Source: a virus
Lineage: Duplodnaviria > Caudoviricetes
Direction: 5' to 3' (one strand)
IMG/VR virus record: IMGVR_UViG_3300033416_000009
Location: 1 to 48,879 of that record
DNA: 48,879 nt
Shown here: one piece after another, positions 36,156-47,700 of the stretch
Numbering within the stretch: the stretch's first letter is position 1
Layout: each line of letters starts with the position of its first letter
The notes under the pieces: generated by a model
Database searches by the model: none
What the model saw: only the letters and a program-made list of their open reading frames with translations
What the model was told of the DNA's origin: nothing
Translations under genes and position numbers: made by a program

Positions 36156-37793
36156 ATGGCAGCGGCCAACTACGATATCGAGGATTTCATCCGGACGGGT
36201 CTTTACCGAAGCAACGAACCGGTTGGCAGGGGCGGCACAACTCCTTACAGCGGCGAAGTTGGAACTTACCTGGCTGACCAACAGATCAAGAACCAGTTCA
36301 CCCCGGCGCTGCAAAAGATCCTCGACGCCCAGCGCAGATCGTTCAACGCGCGCATCATGGATCCGTTCGCCGCGGCTAGGGAAACAGCTGGATCAACGGG
36401 GGCAGGGACATCCGCGTTCGGGACAATTGGGCCACTGACTACCCCGGGCGCGTTCACGTCCAAGCCGCAATTTACCAACCCGGAAGACGCGTTCAGGCTG
36501 CTCAGGATACCCAAGGACCCTAGCGGCCAGTTCGACAAGATCAGGGATGAAAGCCTGAAGCAGATAGCCAATTTCAAGCCGGACTTCAAGGATATCCAAT
36601 CCTACCTGCAGGAGAGCAACCAGAGGGCCATATCCGGTGCCGGCCGGTTCAGCGAGGAAGCCCTGGCTAACCTGGCAAAAGTCAAGGATACCACATCCGC
36701 ATCCGAGGCAGACGCCAAGGCATTCATTGACGAACTTGCCCGGAGAAGTCCGCAGCTCATGGCCGAGACGGACGCGCAATCGGCGGCCTTGCAGCGCAGT
36801 TTCCTTCCAAGCACGGACCCGAACAGCCTGTCCGCCGAACTGGCCAGGTCCAGGGATAAGGCGTCCTTGGCCGAGCAAGCATTGACTAACAGGCAGATAG
36901 CAAACGCGATTCTTGGAGGCCAGCTTCGAGCCAGGCAATCCGGCATGGGCAGCGTGAATGCTCAAAACCTGGCCGCCCAGGCAGCAGCCGTAGCCGAGCC
37001 AGCCGCAATCCGCAGGTCGCAGAGGGAAATCGAGGACATCAGGTATCTCCAGGCGCAGCAGCAAGCCAATGCCGGCCGGTCCCAGGAACTCGCCAGGCAG
37101 AACCTGTTGGCCAACGCGCAGCTGCCAATCGCCATGCGGCAACAGATTCTGCAAAACGCATTGACCGGGACCGGGGAAACGCAGCGCCAGTTCATGACCA
37201 ATGAAGCCGCGCGCTCGGCGTTGCTTGGGCAGAACGTCAACCTGGCAAACCTGACTGACCCGCTGGAGGTTGAGCGGCGGAGGACGGAGCTTGCCAATCT
37301 TGCGCTTCAGAACTATCTCAGCTCGAACTTCACCAACGTCATCCGGGAAGGCGAGATGCAGCCGGCTTACATTCCTTACATGGGGAGATATCCGGCGGAC
37401 ACGGGCACGGCACCTACAGGCGGTTACCCGGGGCAATTCTATGATATAAACCAGTTCAGTGGTGGAATGTATAATACCAGGCCGTCCGAACCTAATACGT
37501 GGATTGAACAGTTTGGAGAGGATTGGCTGAGCGCGTCTAACCCAAGCCGTGGCGGCAGATACATTCCGTCCTATCTGCAGGGCGTTCCATCGTACAACCC
37601 AAGCAGGGCATCGCGGGACTTCAGTGTAGGGGCAACGTCTCCGATAGAATACAACCCGAACGCAACTGACTTTAATATTGAAGCATGGACTAAGGCTAAC
37701 CCATACGAGAACTTCCCGGTTCCATATCCTGAGCTGGCATTTAATGTTGGCGCTCCAATGCCCAATGTAACTCAACCTCCGCTATTATTCTAA
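36156..37793 (+). CDS. Putative internal virion (DNA ejection) protein
   Basis: Ala/Gln-rich and helical, no Cys; first of three genes after the tail module, as for P22 gp7/gp20/gp16. Confidence 0.55.
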   Translation: MAAANYDIEDFIRTGLYRSNEPVGRGGTTPYSGEVGTYLADQQIKNQFTPALQKILDAQRRSFNARIMDPFAAARETAGSTGAGTSAFGTIGPLTTPGAFTSKPQFTNPEDAFRLLRIPKDPSGQFDKIRDESLKQIANFKPDFKDIQSYLQESNQRAISGAGRFSEEALANLAKVKDTTSASEADAKAFIDELARRSPQLMAETDAQSAALQRSFLPSTDPNSLSAELARSRDKASLAEQALTNRQIANAILGGQLRARQSGMGSVNAQNLAAQAAAVAEPAAIRRSQREIEDIRYLQAQQQANAGRSQELARQNLLANAQLPIAMRQQILQNALTGTGETQRQFMTNEAARSALLGQNVNLANLTDPLEVERRRTELANLALQNYLSSNFTNVIREGEMQPAYIPYMGRYPADTGTAPTGGYPGQFYDINQFSGGMYNTRPSEPNTWIEQFGEDWLSASNPSRGGRYIPSYLQGVPSYNPSRASRDFSVGATSPIEYNPNATDFNIEAWTKANPYENFPVPYPELAFNVGAPMPNVTQPPLLF

Positions 37794-37802
37794 GGACACG
37801 TC

Positions 37803-38756
37803 ATGCCTCTGGATTTTGCAGTAGGAGAAACCCCAGCCCAAGCGGATGCCGCATTCCGGGATCTGGAGAACCGCCGCCGCGCCGAACAGCTCGCCATCGC
37901 CCAGTTCTATGAGGAGCAGAACCGCGCCCGGGCAGCAATGGCATCGGAACAGGCCGCGCGACGCAGGCAGGAAGCCCTTGAACAGCAGAAGATGGCGCAG
38001 CAGATGGCGCTCCAGCAGCAATCCCAGATACTCCAGGCGAACAACCCGCTGGACTGGTTCAAGGCAAGGGCGGATGTGGCGGATGCAGCCTCGCGGTCCA
38101 AGTATTACACCGACAGGCTTGGGCTTGATAAGTCGCAGCTGGCGGCTGATATCAGGGACAAAGAGCTGGACCGGCAGGCGCGATTGCAGGAGGCGTTGGG
38201 CAGAAGGTCGCTGACTGAAGCCGACGTTAAGATGAAGAGCTGGGCGGAACTGATCGATGCCGGACGGGTTCCGAAGGTGAGCCAGATAGATTTCTCCGGA
38301 CTGGATCAGGCACAGCGCGATCATCTGGTGCAGAGGCTGGCGTTGAATCAACAATGGATGGCCGAGCAGCAGGATGTAATGCTTTCCTCCGCAGTGGAAA
38401 AAGCCAATGAAACCATGGAGGGGATCAAGAGGCTTCCGTTGAGCGAAGGCAAGAGCCAGGAAGAACTGCTCCGGGACACATACAATAGTCTGGACAAGAA
38501 GGTGCAATCCCTGGTCCTGGCTGACAGGCAGACCGGCAGATTCGTTCCAGTCAAGCTGCCCCCGGTGAGCCAGGATGCGGTGGAGCACATGAGGTCCAGG
38601 GAGCCGTTCAGAGGTCCAGACGTTGGCCCGTACTCCCCTGAAGAGATCAAGAAGCTGCGGGCATCAGCCATGAAATATGTCGGCACCAAGGCTGGCGTGG
38701 CTGAGCTGTTCAAGCGCTTGACTGGGGAGGATCTGTTCATGCCGACAGCGCCTTAG
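37803..38756 (+). CDS. Putative internal virion (DNA ejection) protein
   Basis: Gln/Ala/Arg-rich coiled coil; AAGGA Shine-Dalgarno; position in the ejection block. Confidence 0.55.
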   Translation: MPLDFAVGETPAQADAAFRDLENRRRAEQLAIAQFYEEQNRARAAMASEQAARRRQEALEQQKMAQQMALQQQSQILQANNPLDWFKARADVADAASRSKYYTDRLGLDKSQLAADIRDKELDRQARLQEALGRRSLTEADVKMKSWAELIDAGRVPKVSQIDFSGLDQAQRDHLVQRLALNQQWMAEQQDVMLSSAVEKANETMEGIKRLPLSEGKSQEELLRDTYNSLDKKVQSLVLADRQTGRFVPVKLPPVSQDAVEHMRSREPFRGPDVGPYSPEEIKKLRASAMKYVGTKAGVAELFKRLTGEDLFMPTAP

Positions 38757-38766
38757 AAGGGATACC

Positions 38767-41700
38767 GTGCCAAATCCATTTGATTCCGTATTCGAATCGT
38801 TGCCGGACCTGCAGCCGGGTGGGGCCGCCAATGTTCAGGCACTGCCCAGCGCGTGGCCTGTCAGAACTGCCGCTGGAGAACCTGAAAAGGACTTCGAAGG
38901 GCCAGGCAAATACCAGTGGACACCAGACGAGAAGAAGCAGCGCACGGATCTGATCCGAACCATCGTCTCCAACATTCCAAAGGCCATTGTCAGCCCGGCA
39001 TCAGCGGCGACCGATATAGGGTTGGCCATGGCCAGGGAAAGGATGGGATTGCCGGTTGCCCCGCCTGCTCTGGGCGTGAAAAGCGTCATTGGTGCCAGGC
39101 GCAGATTCTATGTGCCCGAGCCGGAGGTTGAGCCGAGCAAGACTGGATTCTTCGCTGGACTTGTCGGGGCTGGGGAACGCGGTTACGAATACGGAAGGGA
39201 AGTCGGCGAGGTTGAGCAGGCAGTCAGTGGGCCAACGACCGATGTCATGCAGAAGCTCGGGGTGCTTGAGCGGGAGATGAGCAACATTCCTCCGACACAA
39301 TCATACATCGATTTCGCAACAGCTAAAAGTCCAGGGCAGATGATGAATGCCTTGGCTAGTGATCCGGTTGGAATTCTCGGCCAGCTATTGATCGAGAGCA
39401 CAGCGATGTGGATCCGGCCGTTCATCAAGAAAGGTGTCGTCCCGGCTTTGGGCGGAATGGCCTTAGGCGGAATCATCGGGGCAATGACCAGGTTCGGCGC
39501 TGGCGCTGGAGCGAGGCTTGGGTTGCGGGCCGGAATGTCGTTGGGGGCCGGCATAACGTCGTTTTCATTGGAGCGCGCCGGGAAGATAATGGAAGTGCTC
39601 CAGCAGATGGGCTATGACACGACCGATCCCGAACAGCTGATGTCTGCGTTCACGGACAAGGACGTGATGGCTGAAGCCAAAAGGTTGGGGCTGCTGAAAG
39701 GTTTGCCGATCGCGGCGTTCGATGCTGCATCAACAGCGTTCGGTGGAATGTTTGCTTCCAGGGCAAAAACCGCTCTTGGCAGGGTTGCGAGGTTCGGCGG
39801 TGAAATGATGGCCGGCGGCGGGCTGGGAGGATTAGGTGAGGCAGCTGGCGAATGGGCGTCCGGGGAAGAGCTGCGGGCTGGGCCGATTGGAGCCGAGGTT
39901 GCCGCCGACATCGCCGCACAAGGACTTCGGTCTGGGGTCGGGATGGCCATTGGAGTTAGTGGAATTCGAGGCAGAGGAACAACTGGGCGGCTTTTCGGAC
40001 AACGTCCCGCCACAACACGCACAGGTACTACTCAAGGCGCAGCACTCCCGCCACCAATACCTACCGCGGCGGAGATACAGGAGACTCCGCAGGAACCGAC
40101 TATCGCCCAGCCTCTGCCGGAAACAACCGCAGCCGCCCCAGCTGAGCCGCCATTGCCAACTCCGGAGGAACCTGCTTTCCGTGATCCTACCCCGGCAGAG
40201 TTCGAGGCCAGCTCATTCGTGACGGAGGATGACACCCAGTATTTGATGTTGCCGGACGGCAGTGGACGCGCGCGCCGTGTCACCATAGTCAACGGCCTGC
40301 CGTCCCAGCGATCCACGACATCCAGGACGATATTCATCGGGAGCAACATCGCAAAATGGCTGAAGGGATGGCTGGCGCTTCCCCCGGAAAGATTGGCCAA
40401 GCTCGGGTTCAACATGGATTGGGCCGAGGCTGTTACTGAACCGGCAAAGGAGGGGAAACCGGCCACAATCCAGGAAGTGCTGAGCGTTTGGGGCAGGGAA
40501 AAGCCTGGCGCTCCAGTCAAGAAAACGAATGTCTTGTTCGATAACTCACCGAAACCTGGGTGGGTGGCGCTGAACTTCGACGAAGAGGGAGTGCCGTCTG
40601 TCGGTGATGCAGTCAGGAATCCCAGCGATGCAAACGGCCGGGCTAAACCGATCTTCTTCGGCAGTGCTCCGGCGCAACCAACAGGAGTGCCAAGTGATCA
40701 GACGACTCAAGGGCGGCCGGTGCCAGGTGGTGTCCAGCAAAGGGCGAAACCTGGGAACGTACCGCAGCCTCAAGGCGTGCCGGAACAGGCTCAGGCAGGT
40801 GGAATACTTCAAACACCAGAAGAAATAGCGGCCTATGATCCAGCCCAGTTCGCGGCCTGGGTAAAGACTCTTCCGGAAAGCCTGCAGCGGATGTCGATTC
40901 GGCTGGGCAGAGCACTGGGTCCGGCGGCTGCGGATAGACTGCGCTCTCTGGCGACGGCGGCTGATGCGCAAATGCAGGCTGTGATGGCCTCAAAAGATAC
41001 ACAAGCCATCCAGGACGCGATGCAGAAGCCCCAGTTCTTCCGGGAAGCAGCGGAGGTTGCCAGCGGAAAACTGAGCCCCGGGATGCAGAAGATCGTCGAC
41101 ATGTACGATGCTGAAGTGGCGGCCAGGACTGCTGTTCCAGCACCACCGCCAGCGCCAGCTCCATTGCGGACTGTTCCAGAGAAACTGACCAGGAACGTGG
41201 CGCGCAGGATGAGCAAGAACCAGTTGGCAGCCGAGCTTCGATCCAGGGGAATTGCGGATATCGACGGGATCAACCTGTTCAACTTCGACGCGCAAACCCT
41301 GCTTCAAACACTGCTGCCCATGCTTCCGGAAGCTGCGGCTGTCAGACCTGGACCAGCCGTGGCGACTACCGGATTGAACACCGAATCGATCCTGGGAGCT
41401 GACCGGCAAACATTGTTGAATGAGCTGGATTTTGTCGGGATTACCCATGCCGTAACCAAGGTCGTTCCGATCGCTGGAGGGCTGCGCACTGGGGTTGCTG
41501 AATTTACCACGACAGAACCTGGGGCTGCCGCGGAATCCGCCATTCCAGTCGAGCAGCTGGACGACGATTCATTGCGCGCGCTTCTTTTTTCCAGAACACC
41601 GCCCAACATACAGCGCATTGTTCGCGGCATGTCCCCGGATCTGGCCTTCAGGATACTGGTGGCATCCGGGGTTACGGATCAGGCGATGCTTAGGGATGCG

Positions 41701-44700
41701 GCCAGGGGATCTCTGTCTGCTGCCATGGAGTGGGACGATGCGCGCATGACGGGCGAACCAATCCAGGCAGCTCTGGCTCAACCTCCGTCCCCTGCGGCGG
41801 CACCAGCTCCAGCTCCCGCCCCAACAATTCCGCGACCTGTCCCGGCACCCAAACCTGTCAAACCGGCCCCAGTCAAACCTCCGCCTCCTCCGCCACCAGC
41901 TCCTACAGCTCCCGAAATTGCAGTTGCCAAGCCAAAGCCCAAACCCAAGCCGGCTCCGACAACGGGTCTGCGGGCTGCTCCGGGCAAGACTGGGACCAGA
42001 GCTTTGATGCCCAAGGAAAAGGCAGCAGCCAAAGCCGCGGCTCCAGTCAAACCCAAGGCTGCCGCTCCAGCCAAAGCGCCTACAACTCAGGCTCCGCCAG
42101 TCGCAGCAAAGCCAGCCGAACCGCCCACCGCCGAGCAAAAGGCTGCCAAGAAACGGAATGATGAGGAGAGGAAGCGGCACAAATCGACGATGGATGTTCT
42201 GGCGCGCAGGGCAGGAACAAAGCCGGCCGGGGTTGTAAATGACCGCGCCATCCTGCATAAGCGTTCCGATCCTACTGGTGAATTCATCTGGATCCGAAAA
42301 GCACAGGACGGAGTTCGCTGGCTGGTATCCAAGTTCACGCCAGACAAAAAGACCGGAGCATCCCAGGAACATTCGGCCGGCAGACAGTTCCATGACAGCT
42401 GGGAAATGGCGTTTCGATCCGCGATAGGCGACCTGGATAAATCTGTCGGCACCAAGGAGTTCACCAGCATCAAACGCGGCCCACCCTCGGTGAAGATGAG
42501 TTGGGGCATGCTCCATGACGGGTCCGAATCGACCAGGGCCACGACTGCCGCCGAAGCTGCCGCCGAAGCCGCCAAACCCGAAGGTAAAATCCGGGGGGTC
42601 GTTGCCGGGCCTAAAAAAAAAGTCATCCGTCCGCGGGTAAATCGGGTAGTCGAACCAAATAGCAACCTGGCCCTGAACCCGGACGAGGATTTCCACCGCT
42701 TGGGGAATGGCAAGTTCTGGTTCTCCATTGCCGGCCTTGGATTCAACATCGAGCAGGAACGGCAGCAATCAACTTGGACGGTCAGGCCGGCGGAGCGGGA
42801 TCCAAACATCAAGCCGGGTGATCCCATCGAGAAAGGCAGGGTTTACCAGACAACTGAGCAGGCCCGGGACGCCATCCGCCAGTACGTGGCCAGCCTTCGC
42901 GCCAAGAGCACCATCCAGCCCGCGCGCGCGCCAACCCTGACGCCCCCCGGGAAACACACGCTCATCTCGGAAGCCAAAGCTTGGGCGGACTGGTACAACA
43001 ATTACATCGCCAAGAACGCCAGGCTGCCGACCGTTGCTGAAGTCAGGCGGAATGTTCTTGGGCCTGACAGTGAACGGAAGAAGCTGACTCCGGTTATTGC
43101 TGAAGCCAAGATGCAGGCCGCGATAGAGATCGGCATCCGGATGCGGGGCGAGCCGAGCATGTCACCTCCGGACGTTGGATATCATTACGGGGACGGAGGT
43201 GTAGCTAGCGACACAAAAGCGAGCAGGATGGATTCAGGTAGGTCTACTGGGCATTTCGGAACAGGAACATACTTCCTTGGAAAACCGATAGATCCAAAAA
43301 CCGACTTCAATCCACGCAGTAACAGACCTGTCATGGTAATGGATCTTTCTGGGTTAACAATGCTCAGGCCGAAGACGTCCCAGGATGCGATGAATCTTCA
43401 TGATGGGCTGAAGGAATTCAACCGTGCGGTTTGGTCCGGAGCTAAACAGGATTTCGATACACCCACATCCGGGTGGAGCAAAGCACTTTCCAGGGTATGG
43501 ATTTCGATTCCGGGACTTACGATCAGCAAGGATACAATTGCGGACGCTATGCGATCTGTGGCCGCTGTATTCGCCAATAATATTCAAGATGGACTGAGAA
43601 CGCCGTCGACCTATCTGGTGCAAAAATTGGGATTCAACGGAATAGATGTCAGGGGGACAGATCTTGATAACACAGCTTACGGAAGCGTAATATTTGTTGG
43701 TGATGTAAGGGAATCGAATGAGCCAAGGTTTCCAGCGACCGGCGAGATTAGACTGCCAACGCTGCCAAGCAAACTTCCGGAGGGATCAGAATCGTCTACT
43801 AGGCCAACTGAGGAAGGGATCATGTACCTGGTCCGGCAACTTCCGCACGATTCGCGCCGTGTTTTCGAAGCATTGATCGGCACGCCCATGTTCGGGATGA
43901 TCGACAAGAATAAACTGCGTCTTGCCCTTATCCCGGGTAGTGGCGGCCGAACACAGAACCTTGGCTGGATCGTGGATGTGGTTGTGGGTAAACAGGCTGA
44001 TCCCGAAATAGCGCCGCACGAAATCTCCCACGTCATTTTCGACCTGATGCAGGACAGGGACAAGCGCAGGATCGAGACGCTCAGGCAGAAAGAGATCAAC
44101 CGCCAGCTGGAACGCGCCGACATATATCCGCAGGCAAAAGACATCCTGCGATCGTGGATCAACGGACCGATATCATCCCAGGCATTCAAAGATATCAATG
44201 CGCCCAGGGAGTTCTACCACCTGATCAATGCCACCGAATTCCTGGCTGCGTTCTTCGGCAAGAAATTCGCGGACGACATCCTGTCGCGGGAGACGGAGAC
44301 GGACACAGTCACACTTTACGATCGTGTGACGGACATACTGCGTGCTCTATGGGACTGGATCAGTCGGGCACTCGGGGTTCACAGCATGGACAGCGTATTC
44401 CGCAACATGTTGGAAGGAAAGTATCTGAACACTGTTAGAGGTGGCATTGCTGGCGAAGTACGATACGGTCTTGGCCAGGCCATCACCCAGATCAACACGA
44501 TGGAGGAAGAGGGCGTGTATTCCGGCGAGGAGAAAGCGATCGCATTAGCCAACCTACGGCTCCAGCAGGTCGCAGAACCGCTCGCACAACTCGGGATGGT
44601 CCAAGATGGTGTCGGCACATGGCTGGCTGTCCTGGCTCAAAAGAACGAGAAAGGCGACGTGCGGCTGACCGGTGAAGCTCTTGAGGAAATGCGCAGGTTG

Positions 44701-47700
44701 GACGCACTGGTCAGGGTTCCGATCATCCGCAAGTTCCTTGTAACTCCAGTTCAACGTGTTCTGGAAGCAGCCAGGATCCTGGGCCAGGCGACGACAACCT
44801 ACGATCAGTTCAAGAACGACCCAAGTGTTCCGCCGCAGATGGTTGCCGCTGCTGCCGGGGAAGGATCTCAGCGCCTGGATGATTTCCGGGTTGCAGTGCG
44901 CAGATTCCTAGGCAGTTACGAGAACAAGGTGCAAGGATTGCTGGGTCAAGCGCAAGCGTTCAACGAGGAACAGATCGACGCTGAAACCAAGTCGGCAATC
45001 AACAAGTCTCTGGCCTCGCAACTTACTGATATTGCAAAGGCTTACGTCATACAAGCCAAGGATCAGGCGTCCAAGAAAGCGTATTCACAGACATTGTCCG
45101 CGCGCGCCAGCAAGAGTGTTGCAGTCCAAAACGTCATCAACTTCGTCACGGCGAATGTCGATCTGACGCCGATTTTGGACGGGAAAATCAGGTCAGCTTC
45201 GGCCGCCACGGCTCACGTTATCGCTACAGCCAGGCAGATGGTTCAGGAAGGAATGACCGAGGCTGGGGTAATCGGGGCCACGGAAGAGGTTGTCAATGAC
45301 GTGATGTATTTCATGGTAAAAGACTTGCAGTTCTCGCAGCGTGTTGCGGACGGGCAGGAGCTGATTAGGAATGTGGTTGGCAATGAGCCAGTTGCGTTGA
45401 TGAAGGAAAAGATCGGGGCAGCCATCGCCGCGGGCAGGCCGAATGAGGTTCTGGCGCTGCTTCGGGATGGTTGGGGTGAGACTGAGGCTGAGAAATCCCA
45501 GAACGCGAAGCTGGCCACAATCTTGAGGCACAAGGTTGAAAGCTCCATCAGACAGGCGGATGCGTTGAGTGAGGCGGCCAAGGTTGTGGATCGGGTCAGG
45601 ATGGACGAACAGTTCCGGCGGCTCGGTCAATCCATGGCTGACGACAGCGGGTCCAGGATGAAATACATGGGCCTGATCAAGGGGGTGAACACTGTCGAGC
45701 TTGTCCCCATCGATGACGGCGATGAATCTGTCACAATCTCACTGGCATCAACGGTTGTGGGCGGCCAAGAAAACCAAAAGAAACTCAAGGCATGGATCGA
45801 GAAAGCGCAGGCATACATCGCCGACACTGACAATCCGGATTACGACCCGGTCAAGGCCGCCGGGCTGCGGGCTGCGATCAATAAGCACGGGATCCTGCTC
45901 AACCCAGCCATCAATCCGACATCCCCAGGGACGGTATCCGGGTTGCCCAGGACGGTTCTGGAGATGTTCTTCGGCCGGCTTGGAAACTTCACGGCTTGCG
46001 GCCAGTACGTCCTGGAACATCTGCGCGGGTTCGTCGGTGAATGGGCCAACACGGTGATGTATGTCAACAGCACGGCGTTTGAGCAGAAGCAGGCCATCAT
46101 CCTCAAGCATCAGCCGCGGCTCGATCTGCTTCTGTCCAGCGCGCTTGAATCCCACGCCACGGACATAGGCCCGATGGATGCAGGCGATTACCGGGCCAAG
46201 ATTTATGCGCCCCTGGCAGCGTCGATGCAGAGCTTTGCCAACCTTCATCCATTGCTCAAAGAGGGCGCTGTCATCGGGAATGGATATGTTGTCACCAAGG
46301 AAGACATCGAATTCTACAGGCAGAACATGGCCTATGAGAAGGAGATGATCGACATGGTCAACGGCATCGGAGCCAGGTCATTGGCCTCCATCAAGGGTAA
46401 CCCGAGCGGGATCATAACCACCAAGGACGGGCGCACGGTTGTCCGTTATCCGTTCGAGCGCGGGCCGGGCATGCTCCATCGCCGGCTGCCGTACGAGACT
46501 GCCAAGTTCTGGGAAAAATGGCGGGATGCAGGGACGGACGCTGAGAAAATCCAGCTGCTCAATTCGGACGTTGACCGATACCTGTTCGGGTATGTGGCTG
46601 ATGCGGATAATCCGGACTTCAGGTTCAGCTACAGGTTCGGCCGGGAATTCAAACTGATCATGCGCCGGGCTCGGGAAACGAACAATCCCATTTCCAGCTT
46701 TGAAGATCTGACGGACAAGACTTACCGGGAATACCTGGACGGCCTGACCGGTGACGAGGAAGAGATCCTGGAGCAGGAACAGGTTGCCGGCATCATGCTG
46801 GATGAACTCAATCGGATCTGGGCCAGGTACGAGAACATCGTCAAGGGCAAATCGACTTCTCCAGCCAGCGAGACATCCGTGGTCAGCGTGTTCGGCGGGA
46901 TGAACTCATTCACGTCGGAGCGCGGCGAACAGATCGTGCCGTCTACCTGGTACAACTACGGCGTGGTTGGCTGGTATGAGATGCTCGGGTTCGGCCATGA
47001 CGCCACCAGCTTCTTCCTGATAGAGCACCTGAACTCCCTGGATGCGGTGGCCGAATCACTGAGAGGGCTGATCGAGGACCTGCGCGACAAGGGTCTGAAA
47101 GGGTTCTCCAGCGTCCAGGCCAGGGAGCGCGGCGAGATTTTCTATTCCCTGTTCCAGGCCAAGACGCTGCACAAGGCGGTCAACGATTACCGGAACTGGT
47201 TCAACAGGTATCTGCGGTTCGCGGTCGAGCCCAAGTCCAGCTTCGAGAACATGGAACGGATCGCGCTCCTGGACTACAGCGTGTCGGGCCTGCTGACAAC
47301 GCCCGGGGCCATGATCGTCAACGGGGCTGGCGGAGCGCTCAACGCCGTCATAACCCTGATGCGGTTCAGGAACACCGGCATTGTCAACGGCATGACCAAG
47401 ATCACCGGGCTGTTCATCAGGCAGATGTACCGCGAGATGGTCAACGTGATGTTCAACGAGAACACGGCCATGGGTCGGTCGCTCTATTCCATGCTGACGG
47501 CTCCCGGCGGCCGGGCCTGGTTCAACAACATCGTCGAGCCGAGCATTCAGTTCGTGGATGAAACGCGCAACCTCTACCGCTACAGCAAGCAGGTAGGCAT
47601 CAATCAAAACCGGGACCTGTGGCTGATGATGAAGAGTTCCTGGGCGCACAGGTTCACGGGCGGGTTTTCATCCGAGAATCTTCCGGACAGCAAGTTCATC

